Shown here piece by piece: positions 50,929 through 61,068 of a DNA stretch of 64,000 bases. Position 1 is the stretch's first letter; each line of letters opens with the position of its first letter. Source of the stretch: Candidatus Levyibacteriota bacterium (GTDB lineage Bacteria > Patescibacteriota > Microgenomatia > Levybacterales > UBA12049). Where the stretch lies: positions 15,138-79,137 of the forward strand of contig DAHWUP010000004.1 in assembly GCA_027334565.1 (NCBI GenBank), given 5' to 3'. The notes beneath the pieces are model-generated. The model did no database searches, was not told where the DNA came from, and saw only the letters and a program-made list of their open reading frames with translations. Position numbers and translations under genes: made by a program.

Positions 50929-52781
50929 AAATAATCGGGAATATCTGTCTGCATATTATTCAGACTTTTTTCTAAAGTTTGTTCCGGTAATTCAAGTATA
51001 AACCTTGAGACGACGTTTGTCGTTTTTTGGCCGAAAAACAAACGTTTCCTCGAATAAGTAAGGAACAATCTCTCTTTCGCCCTGGTCATTCCGACATAGC
51101 AAAGTCTTCTTTCCTCTTCAAGTTCGTTTTTATCCATCATGCTCCGGCTGTGGGGAAACAGACCCTCCTCCATGCCGACCATGAAAACGACCGGGAATTC
51201 CAACCCCTTGGCCGCATGAAGGGTCATTAAATTGACCGTATCCTTTTTACCGGTTTCATCCTTGGCATGATCGGGCATATACTCCTGTTCGACCAACGAA
51301 ACGTTTTCTAAAAATAAATTCAAGGCGGGAAAAGTGAGCGCAACGGACCTTAGTTCTTTTATGTTCTCAAGTCTTGCCAAATCTTCCTCGTCATGCTCAT
51401 CGTATAACGACAGATACTCGGTTTTTTTCAGAACCCCGTCTAAAATATCAATCGTTTTCTCTCCGTAGATATTTTTGCTCTCTAATTCCTTTTTAACTTC
51501 CAAAAACTTCTCAAGTCTTGTCTTGCCGATCTTTTCGATTCTTTTTAATGAAACTTTGTCTTTAGGGTTCGCCAATACTTTTAAGTACGCAAGAACATCC
51601 TTGATTTCCTTCCTTTCGTAAAACCTGGTTCCGCCGATCAAAATGTAGGGAATGGAGTTATGGATAAACACCTCTTCGATGGTTCTTGACTGTGCGTTGG
51701 TCCTATAAAGTACGGCAAAGTCGGAATAGCTTAAGCGCGGGTTCTGGTACTTGATCTCGTTGATCATTTCAAAAATATATTCAGCCTCTTTCTGTTCGTT
51801 CAAGGATTCGTGGATGAAGACGTCTTCGCCTTTTTTATTTTCCGTCCAAAGCTTCAGGACGGGATGAGAATTATTCCTGGAAATCACCGCCGACGCGGCG
51901 TCTAAAATCCTTTGGGTGGATCGGTAGTTCTGAGACAGGGAGAAAGTCTTAACATTGCTAAAATCCTCTTTAAATTTTGAAAGGTTTAAAAAATCTGCTC
52001 CGCGGAAACTGTAAATGCTTTGAGAAAAATCTCCGACGACACAAATATTATTCCATCGTTTGGAAAGCATTTTGGTCAACAGGTACTGGGCATGATTGGT
52101 ATCCTGGTATTCGTCCACCAGAATATATTTGAATTTATTCTGGTATTTCTCTAAAATTCCGGGATTTTTCCTTAATAATTCCACCACTTTTAAGATCAGG
52201 TCGTCGAAATCCAAAGCTGCATTTTCTTTTAATATTTTTTGGTAAATAAGATATACCCTCGAAACTACTTCCTGAAATTGCCCTCTGGCGTATTGTGGGT
52301 ATTCCAGCTCATTGATCAGTTCGTTTTTGGCTTGTGAGATATTTGCCAAGACCGAGTTGGGTTTGTATTCCTTGGCCGACACATTAAGCAAATTGAAAGC
52401 CTCTTTAACCGCGTCTTTTTGATCCTGTTCATCGTAGATTAAATAATTGCCCGGGATACCGATATGCTCACCGTCGATTCTTAATATCTTGGCGCATAAA
52501 GCATGAAAAGTAGAAATGGTAGGAAGTTCGGAAATCTTTTTATCTTCTTTCTTGAAGAACTTAATCATTCTTTCCTTCATCTCGTTGGCCGCCTTATTTG
52601 TGAAAGTTACCATCAGTATGTTAGAAGGGTCCACACCCTGTTCTATAAGATAGATCACCTTATAGGTCAATACTCTGGTTTTACCGCTTCCGGCACCTGC
52701 CAAAATGATCATCGGGCCGTTCATTTGTTTTACCGCTTCAAGCTGTTCTTTATTTAAGTCCTTGAGAAAATCGGCGTTCAT
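50925..52781 (-). CDS. pcrA: ATP-dependent DNA helicase PcrA/UvrD
   Basis: AGAGSGKT, VDEYQD, QNYRS, LYRTNAQS, HAAKGLEF, EERRLCYV. Confidence 0.95.
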   Translation of the reverse strand: MNADFLKDLNKEQLEAVKQMNGPMIILAGAGSGKTRVLTYKVIYLIEQGVDPSNILMVTFTNKAANEMKERMIKFFKKEDKKISELPTISTFHALCAKILRIDGEHIGIPGNYLIYDEQDQKDAVKEAFNLLNVSAKEYKPNSVLANISQAKNELINELEYPQYARGQFQEVVSRVYLIYQKILKENAALDFDDLILKVVELLRKNPGILEKYQNKFKYILVDEYQDTNHAQYLLTKMLSKRWNNICVVGDFSQSIYSFRGADFLNLSKFKEDFSNVKTFSLSQNYRSTQRILDAASAVISRNNSHPVLKLWTENKKGEDVFIHESLNEQKEAEYIFEMINEIKYQNPRLSYSDFAVLYRTNAQSRTIEEVFIHNSIPYILIGGTRFYERKEIKDVLAYLKVLANPKDKVSLKRIEKIGKTRLEKFLEVKKELESKNIYGEKTIDILDGVLKKTEYLSLYDEHDEEDLARLENIKELRSVALTFPALNLFLENVSLVEQEYMPDHAKDETGKKDTVNLMTLHAAKGLEFPVVFMVGMEEGLFPHSRSMMDKNELEEERRLCYVGMTRAKERLFLTYSRKRLFFGQKTTNVVSRFILELPEQTLEKSLNNMQTDIPDYL

Positions 52782-52821
52782 ACCGTATAATGATAGCATC
52801 ACCTAAGGCGTGACTCAACCC

Positions 52822-53490
52822 ATGAAAAAGCTTTCCATCGTCGCCAATATCAAGTCATACAAAAATGAGGTTGAGGCTAAAGAATGGTTGGAAAACTTTA
52901 AAAAAATCAAGGACCTAAATTTAAACCCGTCGGATAAGGAGGTAATCGTTTGCCCCTCTTTTACCCAACTTTTCAGCTTCCACTCATTTTTCTCTTCCAA
53001 TATTATTACGGCTTATATTGGTGCCCAGAACGTATCTCCTTTTGAGGAAGGGGCGTATACGGGTGAGGTAAACGCCAAACAGATTAAGGATTTCGCAAAA
53101 TATGTCCTGATAGGACACTCGGAGAGAAGAAAGAATTTCGGCGAAACCGGGGACATGCTGGTAAATAAGGTTGAGGTTTCATTAAAATATGAACTTGTCC
53201 CGATTTTTCTGGTTCAGGGTAAAGACACTCCAATCCCCGATGGCGTAAAACTGATTGCCTATGAACCGGTTTTTGCAATCGGTACCGGTAATCCGGATAC
53301 ACCCCCAAACGCCAACTTTGTGTCTAAGGCCATAAAGTCCGTCCGGCCCGACACTCGGGTCCTATACGGAGGAAGCGTAACTTCTGTAAACGTTCGAAGT
53401 TTCACCGAACAACCGGATATTGACGGAGTTTTGGTAGGAGGATCAAGCCTCGATGCAGAGGAATTTATAGGGATTGTAAAAAATGCGTAG
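52822..53490 (+). CDS. tpiA: Triosephosphate isomerase (shortened)
   Basis: GAYTGE, GHSERR, AYEPVFAIGTG, YGGSV, LVGG. Confidence 0.95.
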   Translation: MKKLSIVANIKSYKNEVEAKEWLENFKKIKDLNLNPSDKEVIVCPSFTQLFSFHSFFSSNIITAYIGAQNVSPFEEGAYTGEVNAKQIKDFAKYVLIGHSERRKNFGETGDMLVNKVEVSLKYELVPIFLVQGKDTPIPDGVKLIAYEPVFAIGTGNPDTPPNANFVSKAIKSVRPDTRVLYGGSVTSVNVRSFTEQPDIDGVLVGGSSLDAEEFIGIVKNA

Positions 53491-54595
53491 ACCCAAGAAA
53501 AGATTTTTATATTTGGTCGGTACAATATTTGCGATTTTGGTAATTTTTTTCGTGGTTAAAACAGCTAGTATATACCCCGTATTGTTTCAACTGGTTACAA
53601 ATACGGGCATAAACGTTAAGGAAAGCAATGGAAGGATTAACATACTGCTTTTGGGAATAGGAGGCGGAACTCACGACGGACCGGATTTGACGGATACGAT
53701 AATGCTTGCAAGTCTTGATCAAAAAGACAACAGAATTACCCTTATTTCCATTCCGAGAGATCTTTGGTATCCGCCTATTAACCAGAAAATCAACGATGCT
53801 TATGCTAACGGGGTGATAAACGGACAGGGAGGATTAAATGAAGCCGAGTCGGCCGTCTCTAAAATCACCGGGCAGCAAATCGACTACGGAGTAAGAATTG
53901 ATTTTTCTGGATTTGTTCAGGCAGTGAATATTGTGGGAGGTTTGGATATAAACGTCGACAACACCTTTGACGACTATCAATATCCGATAGACGGAATGGA
54001 AAACGCAACCTGCGGGCATACGCCGGCCGAGCTTGAGGCAATGGCAAATGATACCCAGGACCAGCTTGTAAAAGATTTCCCCTGTAGGTATATGCACGTG
54101 CATTTTAATAAGGGGTTACAGCATATGGACGGACAAACGGCTCTTGAGTACGTAAGGTCAAGACATGCGGTTCAAGAGATAGAGGCAAGCGATTTTGCCA
54201 GAAGCAAGAGACAGGAGAAAGTGATAAAAGCATTTAAGGATAAGGTATTATCCGTACAAACTCTCCTAAATCCGGAGAAAATCATCAGTTTATATAGTAC
54301 GCTTAGATCCAGTATCGATATGAACATACCCCAAGACCAATTCGATGACTTCATAAGACTTGCCGAGAAGATGAAAAATGCAAAAATCCATACCGCTGTG
54401 ATCGATACGGGAGACCCCTCAACCAATAGGGCGGGTCTTTTGACAAACCCCCCGACCTCAAGTGCCTTCCAGTATGAATGGGTGCTTACTCCAAGAGCCG
54501 GAAATGGGAACTTTTCGGAGATACAAAATTATATTTCCTGCGAAATAGAAACCGGCAGTTGTCCGGTAACCCCTTCGCCCACGCCTAAACCTTAA
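53483..54595 (+). CDS. LCP (LytR-CpsA-Psr) family protein
   Basis: TDTIML, SIPRDL, KIN.AY, YVRSRH, DFARSKRQ. Confidence 0.92.
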   Translation: MRRPKKRFLYLVGTIFAILVIFFVVKTASIYPVLFQLVTNTGINVKESNGRINILLLGIGGGTHDGPDLTDTIMLASLDQKDNRITLISIPRDLWYPPINQKINDAYANGVINGQGGLNEAESAVSKITGQQIDYGVRIDFSGFVQAVNIVGGLDINVDNTFDDYQYPIDGMENATCGHTPAELEAMANDTQDQLVKDFPCRYMHVHFNKGLQHMDGQTALEYVRSRHAVQEIEASDFARSKRQEKVIKAFKDKVLSVQTLLNPEKIISLYSTLRSSIDMNIPQDQFDDFIRLAEKMKNAKIHTAVIDTGDPSTNRAGLLTNPPTSSAFQYEWVLTPRAGNGNFSEIQNYISCEIETGSCPVTPSPTPKP

Positions 54596-56712
54596 GGATT
54601 TATTTTATAAAGAGTTGCCCTATTATTATTGTAAACCACTTTCCCTAAAACATTGAATTTATTTTGATCAAGATTGGGATATTTTTGATATTCAAGGCTT
54701 GAAACAACTACATAAGCAATGTTGTATTCTTTGATCAAATTTTTTGCCACGGCGAGGTTATTTGTTGTGTATAAGGTTTGGACGTCGGCTATTCTGGGAG
54801 CGACGATGTCATAGGTTCCCCGCCAAAGCCATTCGTGAACAGGCCAGCCGATAACTGTGGGCAGGCCGGTGTTGGCTGAAATCCGTGCGTACTGGGTATA
54901 CGAATCTCCGTTCGCTTCAAGCACAACCGGCTGGCCCTTTATATTGGCGTTCATCCAGTTGATCAAACTATAGTCCTCGGGGTAAGTTTGTCTAAGGTAA
55001 GAAAGCCCGTCCAATGATTTGTAAGTTTTTAAGTTATTGTAATATGAATTTATTGCAAAAAACGGGTAGATAAAAATAAAGAATGAAAGAAACAACGTAC
55101 CGGCAAAAAAGATCGCTTTTACTATTTTACTTTTAAGCGTAATCATCAGTTTTACAATTATGTAAGCGGAGGACAGAGAAAGCATCATAAAGGCTTGGTA
55201 AACCAGCTTAAACATCGTATTTGCACGGTAATACGTAGGATAAATGTCTTTTACATAAATAAATTCGGGGACGACTATCAAAATTGTAGATAGGCTTAGC
55301 AAGGTTAAAATAAAAATATCGGAGGGAGTAGGTTTATACCTTTTCTTAATCAGTAAGAAAACTATAAAACAAATAGCAAGAAAATAAAAAAACCCATAAA
55401 GTAAGCTCAATTGCCAAAGCGGAGATTTTTGACAATGATTCGCTTCAAAAAGAAAAGGACCGATCTTGCCTATTCTTGTCAGGAAACCGGGAGCACACAG
55501 TATGCCGATCCCCGATACAAAAGGTTTAAAGTTTAAGCTGAAAGGTAGGGAAAAAACCAGTAATCCGACGAAAACGGCCGCAATTTTTTTGATGAAGTCA
55601 GATAATGAAACGGTAGAGAAGATGCTTTTCCATCCGCCTTTTAAATGATTGAGGGAAAAAATGACCGCCCCGCTTAATAGCAGATAAATTAAACCGTCCC
55701 AGGCATTGGTCATGTACATTACCGCCAGTAAGAATGAAATAATAAATATATGCCAAGTTCGAATCCGTTTCTCAAAAATGATCGACAGCGCCATAGCGAT
55801 CATCAATAGTACGAATGGAATGTCTAAAACATGGCCGTGCAGGTCGGAGACGACAAAAGAATAGATCGGAAACTCGTGAATCGTAAAAGGGATAAATCTG
55901 GTTGCGTTCGGATACCAGTAATTATTGGGGAAATCAAACGGCTTAAAAGGCAGTGTCCAAAATGGAACGGGACTGTCTTGTGGTATATAAGCCTTGAAAA
56001 AGGCATAAACAGTCGTAAGGTTTCCTCCGAAGGTTAGCAGAGCCGCAGTTAAAAAGCCTGCTGCGATTTGGATCAGTTTGGATTTAATTTCCGGAAACAG
56101 GTTCATACCGATCGAGAAGGCAGAGGAAAAACTCAGTGCAAAAATGGTTGCGAGCATCAAATTAAAACTGATATAAGAGGGGATTTGGGTAAGTTTGGTA
56201 ACAACAGCCGTGACAAGATGTCCGAAATAATAATAATTAATCGGAAGAGGGGTATACCACATATCTTTAGGCGGAAAGTAAGTACTCCTGAGGATAGAAT
56301 TAAGAAATCCGAAATCCATAAATTTTTCCAGGCCAAAAATGTCCGGATTATTCGCTCTCACAAAAGACCAGAAAAAAAGCGTAATCAAAAATAAAAGCTC
56401 TTCAAATATAAAGATTTTCCAATTGTTTCTGATCGTTTGTATGATATTTTTGTTTCTAGACAAGTAATAATTCAATAAAGCCAATATCATAAGTGAACCG
56501 ACAATCGTCGGGAACGAGAAGGGAAGCACCTTTAAAAGCCCGAGAACGAATACGACGTAGGATAATATAGCCATGCCGAGTATCTTTGAAAAAACATAAC
56601 CTTTATCTTTAAAACTGCTGAATAATGAAAAGGTTGTAGGCAGGAAAGCGCTACCGATCAGAAGCAATGCAAAAAACCATATTAAAACACTTAGAATATC
56701 GTGAACATTCAT
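54592..56712 (-). CDS. DUF2298 (Chlor_Arch_YYY) polytopic membrane protein, GT-C-like
   Basis: EKFMDFGF, NYYYFGH, EFP.YSF..DLHGH, NTMFK, GWPVHEWLWRG. Confidence 0.85.
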   Translation of the reverse strand: MNVHDILSVLIWFFALLLIGSAFLPTTFSLFSSFKDKGYVFSKILGMAILSYVVFVLGLLKVLPFSFPTIVGSLMILALLNYYLSRNKNIIQTIRNNWKIFIFEELLFLITLFFWSFVRANNPDIFGLEKFMDFGFLNSILRSTYFPPKDMWYTPLPINYYYFGHLVTAVVTKLTQIPSYISFNLMLATIFALSFSSAFSIGMNLFPEIKSKLIQIAAGFLTAALLTFGGNLTTVYAFFKAYIPQDSPVPFWTLPFKPFDFPNNYWYPNATRFIPFTIHEFPIYSFVVSDLHGHVLDIPFVLLMIAMALSIIFEKRIRTWHIFIISFLLAVMYMTNAWDGLIYLLLSGAVIFSLNHLKGGWKSIFSTVSLSDFIKKIAAVFVGLLVFSLPFSLNFKPFVSGIGILCAPGFLTRIGKIGPFLFEANHCQKSPLWQLSLLYGFFYFLAICFIVFLLIKKRYKPTPSDIFILTLLSLSTILIVVPEFIYVKDIYPTYYRANTMFKLVYQAFMMLSLSSAYIIVKLMITLKSKIVKAIFFAGTLFLSFFIFIYPFFAINSYYNNLKTYKSLDGLSYLRQTYPEDYSLINWMNANIKGQPVVLEANGDSYTQYARISANTGLPTVIGWPVHEWLWRGTYDIVAPRIADVQTLYTTNNLAVAKNLIKEYNIAYVVVSSLEYQKYPNLDQNKFNVLGKVVYNNNRATLYKINP

Positions 56713-58154
56713 AAATTATTCCAATAATTATACGAACATGGAAAAGCGAAATCTATATTATACAATTTAAAAGCATTAATCATTTTGAAGTCATTGTTTG
56801 GGTCGGGAAACATCCAATCGCATTGGCCCGATAAAATATACCCTTTTGCGGATTTAATCTTTCCCGATCTGTATCTGGCCGCCAGAAGGTATTCCATATT
56901 GTATGCAATTCCTTCGTTTCCGGCAAGATGTTTGTCAAGCGCATAGAAAGTAAGATTGAAAACTTTGGTCTGTCCCCATAATTTGATCGAGATCGGATCC
57001 AATGAATAAAATAACCGTACCACCAGGATGGTCGCAAAGAAGATAAAGAATAAAGTTTTTCCCGTGATGCCAAATCTCCCGGTGATCTTATCGATAGCCC
57101 ATGCAGTTCCGATTAACAGAGGTATAATAACGGGTAATGCGTAACGAGGCACCGTGAACGTCTGAAAACTTAAGACCATTACCACATACAATACGGAAAA
57201 GATAATAAAAGTCAGCAATGCTTTGGTGTTTTGTTCTCCGAGGTAGATTTTTTTAATTGCGTATCCCAAATTTCGATACAAATAGAGAATCAAACCCACG
57301 ATGAACAGCCCCCAAAATATCCAGATGAAGTTTAAGAAAAATAGTTGCGTCCAACTTTGAAAGGCATAGTCGTTCAAGAATTTAAAAGTTATCAGGTTGT
57401 TCAGGATGGTATAAAAACTACCCTCACGCGCTGTGGAAGAAAAGTTCCAGTCGTTCCAAGCTTTTTGCCCGCTCATCGCCAGGGATAACCCCCACAAGGA
57501 GTAGATAATTAGCGGTAAAATCAGATACAAGCCTTTAATTATCGACAAGGTCGCATTTCCGGTTTTTTTAACGATTGTTCTTAGGTAAGAGAAACCCTCT
57601 ATAATCATTACGGAAAAAGGAAGAAGAAGTGCGGTTTCTTTTGTCAAGACGGTTACACTCGCGAAAAGACCGTAAAGAACATAATCTCCTCTTGAGTAAT
57701 AATAAATCGAAATAACTATTAATACGGTCATCAGGTAATCCGTAAGGGAAAATACCCCTGCCGATAAAAACATCGGAGACACCGATAGGAGCAATGATGC
57801 AAAGAAAGCGGTTTTTTTATTTAATATGCTTTTACTTAATTTAAAGAGATAGATTATGCCCAAAAGCCCGAAGATATAACCGAGTATGTTGTAGGTCGCT
57901 GGGTTAACCCCGAACATCCGGAAGAAAATCGAGTCGGCAATGAACTTAAAAGGCGGATGGACCGATTTCCATTGCATGAAATAATTGCCGATCCCGCCCG
58001 CATAAACATCGTAGGACATGTTAAACTGGATATTTCCGTCAAGATAGGGAAGCGTGCTTACAAACGGCAGATAGAGAATTGAAAAAATAATTAGCGGGAG
58101 TAAAATAAGAATACTTATTCCGAACATCGGTTTATTGGCAAGCGTATTTGGCAT
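56709..58154 (-). CDS. GT-C fold glycosyltransferase (PMT/ArnT-like)
   Basis: HPP motif, many TMs, TKET, PRY; start moved to MPNTL. Confidence 0.7.
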   Translation of the reverse strand: MPNTLANKPMFGISILILLPLIIFSILYLPFVSTLPYLDGNIQFNMSYDVYAGGIGNYFMQWKSVHPPFKFIADSIFFRMFGVNPATYNILGYIFGLLGIIYLFKLSKSILNKKTAFFASLLLSVSPMFLSAGVFSLTDYLMTVLIVISIYYYSRGDYVLYGLFASVTVLTKETALLLPFSVMIIEGFSYLRTIVKKTGNATLSIIKGLYLILPLIIYSLWGLSLAMSGQKAWNDWNFSSTAREGSFYTILNNLITFKFLNDYAFQSWTQLFFLNFIWIFWGLFIVGLILYLYRNLGYAIKKIYLGEQNTKALLTFIIFSVLYVVMVLSFQTFTVPRYALPVIIPLLIGTAWAIDKITGRFGITGKTLFFIFFATILVVRLFYSLDPISIKLWGQTKVFNLTFYALDKHLAGNEGIAYNMEYLLAARYRSGKIKSAKGYILSGQCDWMFPDPNNDFKMINAFKLYNIDFAFPCSYNYWNNL

Positions 58155-58155
58155 T

Positions 58156-59790
58156 TTAGCCTCCGGAGCACGTTTTCCCCGTGCTATATAGTATTGTATT
58201 TCCGTTTGCGTAAACCTTTTTAAAGTTGTCATCGAAAATTTGTTTATTTACGGTAGCATCCGATGACAGCGGATTAATTTCTATATAGTTAATTTTGTTG
58301 ACAACAAGATTATGACAAAGGAAATCTAAATTATTTGAGTCCAGCATGGCTTTTCTTAGATCGTCGCGTGAAGTGGTATCGTAACCCTGTGACCAGGCAA
58401 AATAAGGCCAGCCCAAAAATATTTTTCGGCCTGCCAAAGATGCCTCGTCGTAAAGATAATTGGTGTTTAGAAAAACGGAATTTGGGGGAGTATTGCGCAT
58501 GATCCAGGACACATTTTTGCTTACGGGATAGTCTGCCAGAGGAATAAAATGGTCGTTGAAAATAGGAAAAAAATCTATCATTCCCGATAATATCATGAAA
58601 ATTACCAGATAGAAGGATAGGGTCTTTAAATAAATATTCTTCCCCCAAAGCTTAACTATTAATAAAGCGGATAACATATTACCAACCAGAATGAAGTAAT
58701 TAAAAAATTTATGATTTGCCGCAACTTCCGGTGAAAACTGGAACAGGTTACCCACTAAAAAAAGACTTAAGAAAGTTAGGAATACTTTCTTCTCAAACCT
58801 GGTTGCCATAATAAACCCGACCGGTATAAGAATTAGGCTTAAACCTAGGTTTTGCCACCAGTAGTATATGAAGCTGCCTAAATTAAGATTTGTTACCAAA
58901 TATCCCAAATGGATTATTGGTTTAAATTCCGAAGCCCCCGATTGTATGTAAAGATATTGTGGTAATCCGACCAATCCGGCGACCGAAATGATAATAAATG
59001 ATATTAATCTTTTATTATGGAATAATATGAATATACAAATAAGGATAATTATTGTCATCAAGTATACCGCGATATTTAAAAAGAATGACAGCCCAAGAGC
59101 AATCCCCAATATCAGAGAATACTTTATGCCGGATTGTAAATTTTTCTCTTTCGTCTTCAAAACCAGATAAATTAAAAGCAGGGAAAATGCATAGGACAAC
59201 GCTAAATGCCTTTGGTTGGTATATATGTTTAAATTCCAAAACGCGGAAATGACCTTTCCGTCATAAGGTCCGAAAGACGGGAAAGCGGTGTTGGATATGA
59301 TGTCTTTGAAGGTGTTGACAGACAACGGATGGCTTATCAAGAAATTAATAAAATCCAGACTACTGTTAAAAAGGAAAAACAAGATGCTTAATATTCCTAT
59401 CGCCCTTGATTTAAAAACCTCTTTTGCAAAAATATAAATCATTAAAATTAAAAACATGAATCCCAGGGCTGAAGGAACATTAAAAGCATAGTCGATCCTT
59501 ATCCCGGATTTTTCCAAGAGCCCCACCAACGCATAAAACAGGAAATGGTATTTTATCGCAGGTCCGGAAAAAAGTGGATATTGTGGAGGGAAGTTGTTGC
59601 CGAAAGCAAACGACCTTATTAAAGGAATATGGCTGGCAAAATCGCTCCAAGCTTTGGTAGAAATAAGCAGGTAACCGTTGCCATAGGAAAATGTAGAGAA
59701 CATTAGCCACCAGGAAAAAATTAAAGAAAATAGAACAATCCCCAATTCCCAACGGTATTTGGCAGTGATCTTTTTTAGCTTATTCGTCAT
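58156..59790 (-). CDS. Polytopic membrane protein, probable GT-C glycosyltransferase
   Basis: WSDFASH, YHFLF, many TMs, C-terminal W..NTP...LAGRK domain. Confidence 0.65.
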   Translation of the reverse strand: MTNKLKKITAKYRWELGIVLFSLIFSWWLMFSTFSYGNGYLLISTKAWSDFASHIPLIRSFAFGNNFPPQYPLFSGPAIKYHFLFYALVGLLEKSGIRIDYAFNVPSALGFMFLILMIYIFAKEVFKSRAIGILSILFFLFNSSLDFINFLISHPLSVNTFKDIISNTAFPSFGPYDGKVISAFWNLNIYTNQRHLALSYAFSLLLIYLVLKTKEKNLQSGIKYSLILGIALGLSFFLNIAVYLMTIIILICIFILFHNKRLISFIIISVAGLVGLPQYLYIQSGASEFKPIIHLGYLVTNLNLGSFIYYWWQNLGLSLILIPVGFIMATRFEKKVFLTFLSLFLVGNLFQFSPEVAANHKFFNYFILVGNMLSALLIVKLWGKNIYLKTLSFYLVIFMILSGMIDFFPIFNDHFIPLADYPVSKNVSWIMRNTPPNSVFLNTNYLYDEASLAGRKIFLGWPYFAWSQGYDTTSRDDLRKAMLDSNNLDFLCHNLVVNKINYIEINPLSSDATVNKQIFDDNFKKVYANGNTILYSTGKTCSGG

Positions 59791-59792
59791 TG

Positions 59793-61067
59793 TTACAGCA
59801 ATCTTGCCACTTTTTCTCCTAATTCTACAGCATAATTAGTCCCTCTGTCCCAGGGATATACTTGTTCAATATTTGCAAGGAACACATTTCTTAGTGGGGT
59901 CGTAAAAGGAGGCATTAGTTTGGAGTAATTCGTTGGAATTATCGGTTGGGCAAAGGGATCTTTAAAAAACTCGATGCCGATGATATTCTTCGCGTAACCT
60001 GGATTTAATCTTTTCAAATACGGATCGAATAATTTTAAAAGCTCGTCCTTTGTCATCGCAAAATACTTATCGTCACTTTGCTTGTAATTGCCCAGATAAA
60101 TCAAGCTTTCACCGGCATAGTGTTGTTTGTCCATAAAATTGGTATGTTCAACTATGGCCATTATCGGGGAATTTCTATCACAAACATTCAACCAGTATGT
60201 GCCGTCTTTAAAAAACGGATACTTGAGTCTTAATATCAGGCTCGTTGCGCCCAAGTGTTTCAGTTGCTGTAATTTTTCGCGGTATTCGTGAGGTAACTGA
60301 GGCGAAATTTTTAAAAAAATAAATGAGGGGACGGTAACAATCACTTTATCAAATGTTTCGCTGTTTGTCTTAGAATGTTTATTCTTAAAACGTATTTGTG
60401 GTTTACCGCTTGAGGAAAGTTCAAGTACTTCGGTATCAAAATAAAATTTTCCTCCTGCCTCCTCAATTTTACTTGTCCAGGTTTTGGCGAACTCCAAAAA
60501 TCCGCCGGTGGGGTAGGATAACGAAGAGGTTCTTTTTACTACCCTTGCCCAGAACCAGGCAAGTGATATGTTATCGGCAAACTTGCCGAATTTATTCAAT
60601 AACAATGCTTCCCAAACCATTTTATATGCTCTTTTACCCATCAGTCTGGGAAGTATTGAGGTAGCATTGTATTTCTCCAGCGGTTTCCACAAGGGGTTGT
60701 ATCTTAAAAAAGCGAGCGATAAACCCATTCTCAATCTTTCCGGAAAAGTTAAAAGAGGAAATTGTAATACACTCAGCGGTGAGTCTAACTGATAAATCCG
60801 GTTTTTAACAAAGATTGAAGTCTTGGGCCTTTTGGTAATAACCTTATGGTTCAATTCTTTAGCCAGGTTAAGAACGGTTTTATCGTTTGTGAACCAATGA
60901 TGATAATGTTTTTCCATGGACCAAGTCCAATTAGGTTCCTTGTAGCCTAAAGCAAGTCCTCCCGGATTTTCATCTTTTTCGAATACGGTAACTTCATTGG
61001 ATTTTTTTGCCAACTCGTGGGCTGCGGATAAGCCCGTGAATCCGGCACCGATTATTGCAATTTTCAT
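59793..61067 (-). CDS. FAD-dependent oxidoreductase (amine oxidase/protoporphyrinogen oxidase-like)
   Basis: GAGFTG, EK...GG, EKHYHH, YPWDRGTNYAV. Confidence 0.85.
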   Translation of the reverse strand: MKIAIIGAGFTGLSAAHELAKKSNEVTVFEKDENPGGLALGYKEPNWTWSMEKHYHHWFTNDKTVLNLAKELNHKVITKRPKTSIFVKNRIYQLDSPLSVLQFPLLTFPERLRMGLSLAFLRYNPLWKPLEKYNATSILPRLMGKRAYKMVWEALLLNKFGKFADNISLAWFWARVVKRTSSLSYPTGGFLEFAKTWTSKIEEAGGKFYFDTEVLELSSSGKPQIRFKNKHSKTNSETFDKVIVTVPSFIFLKISPQLPHEYREKLQQLKHLGATSLILRLKYPFFKDGTYWLNVCDRNSPIMAIVEHTNFMDKQHYAGESLIYLGNYKQSDDKYFAMTKDELLKLFDPYLKRLNPGYAKNIIGIEFFKDPFAQPIIPTNYSKLMPPFTTPLRNVFLANIEQVYPWDRGTNYAVELGEKVARLL

Positions 61068-61068
61068 A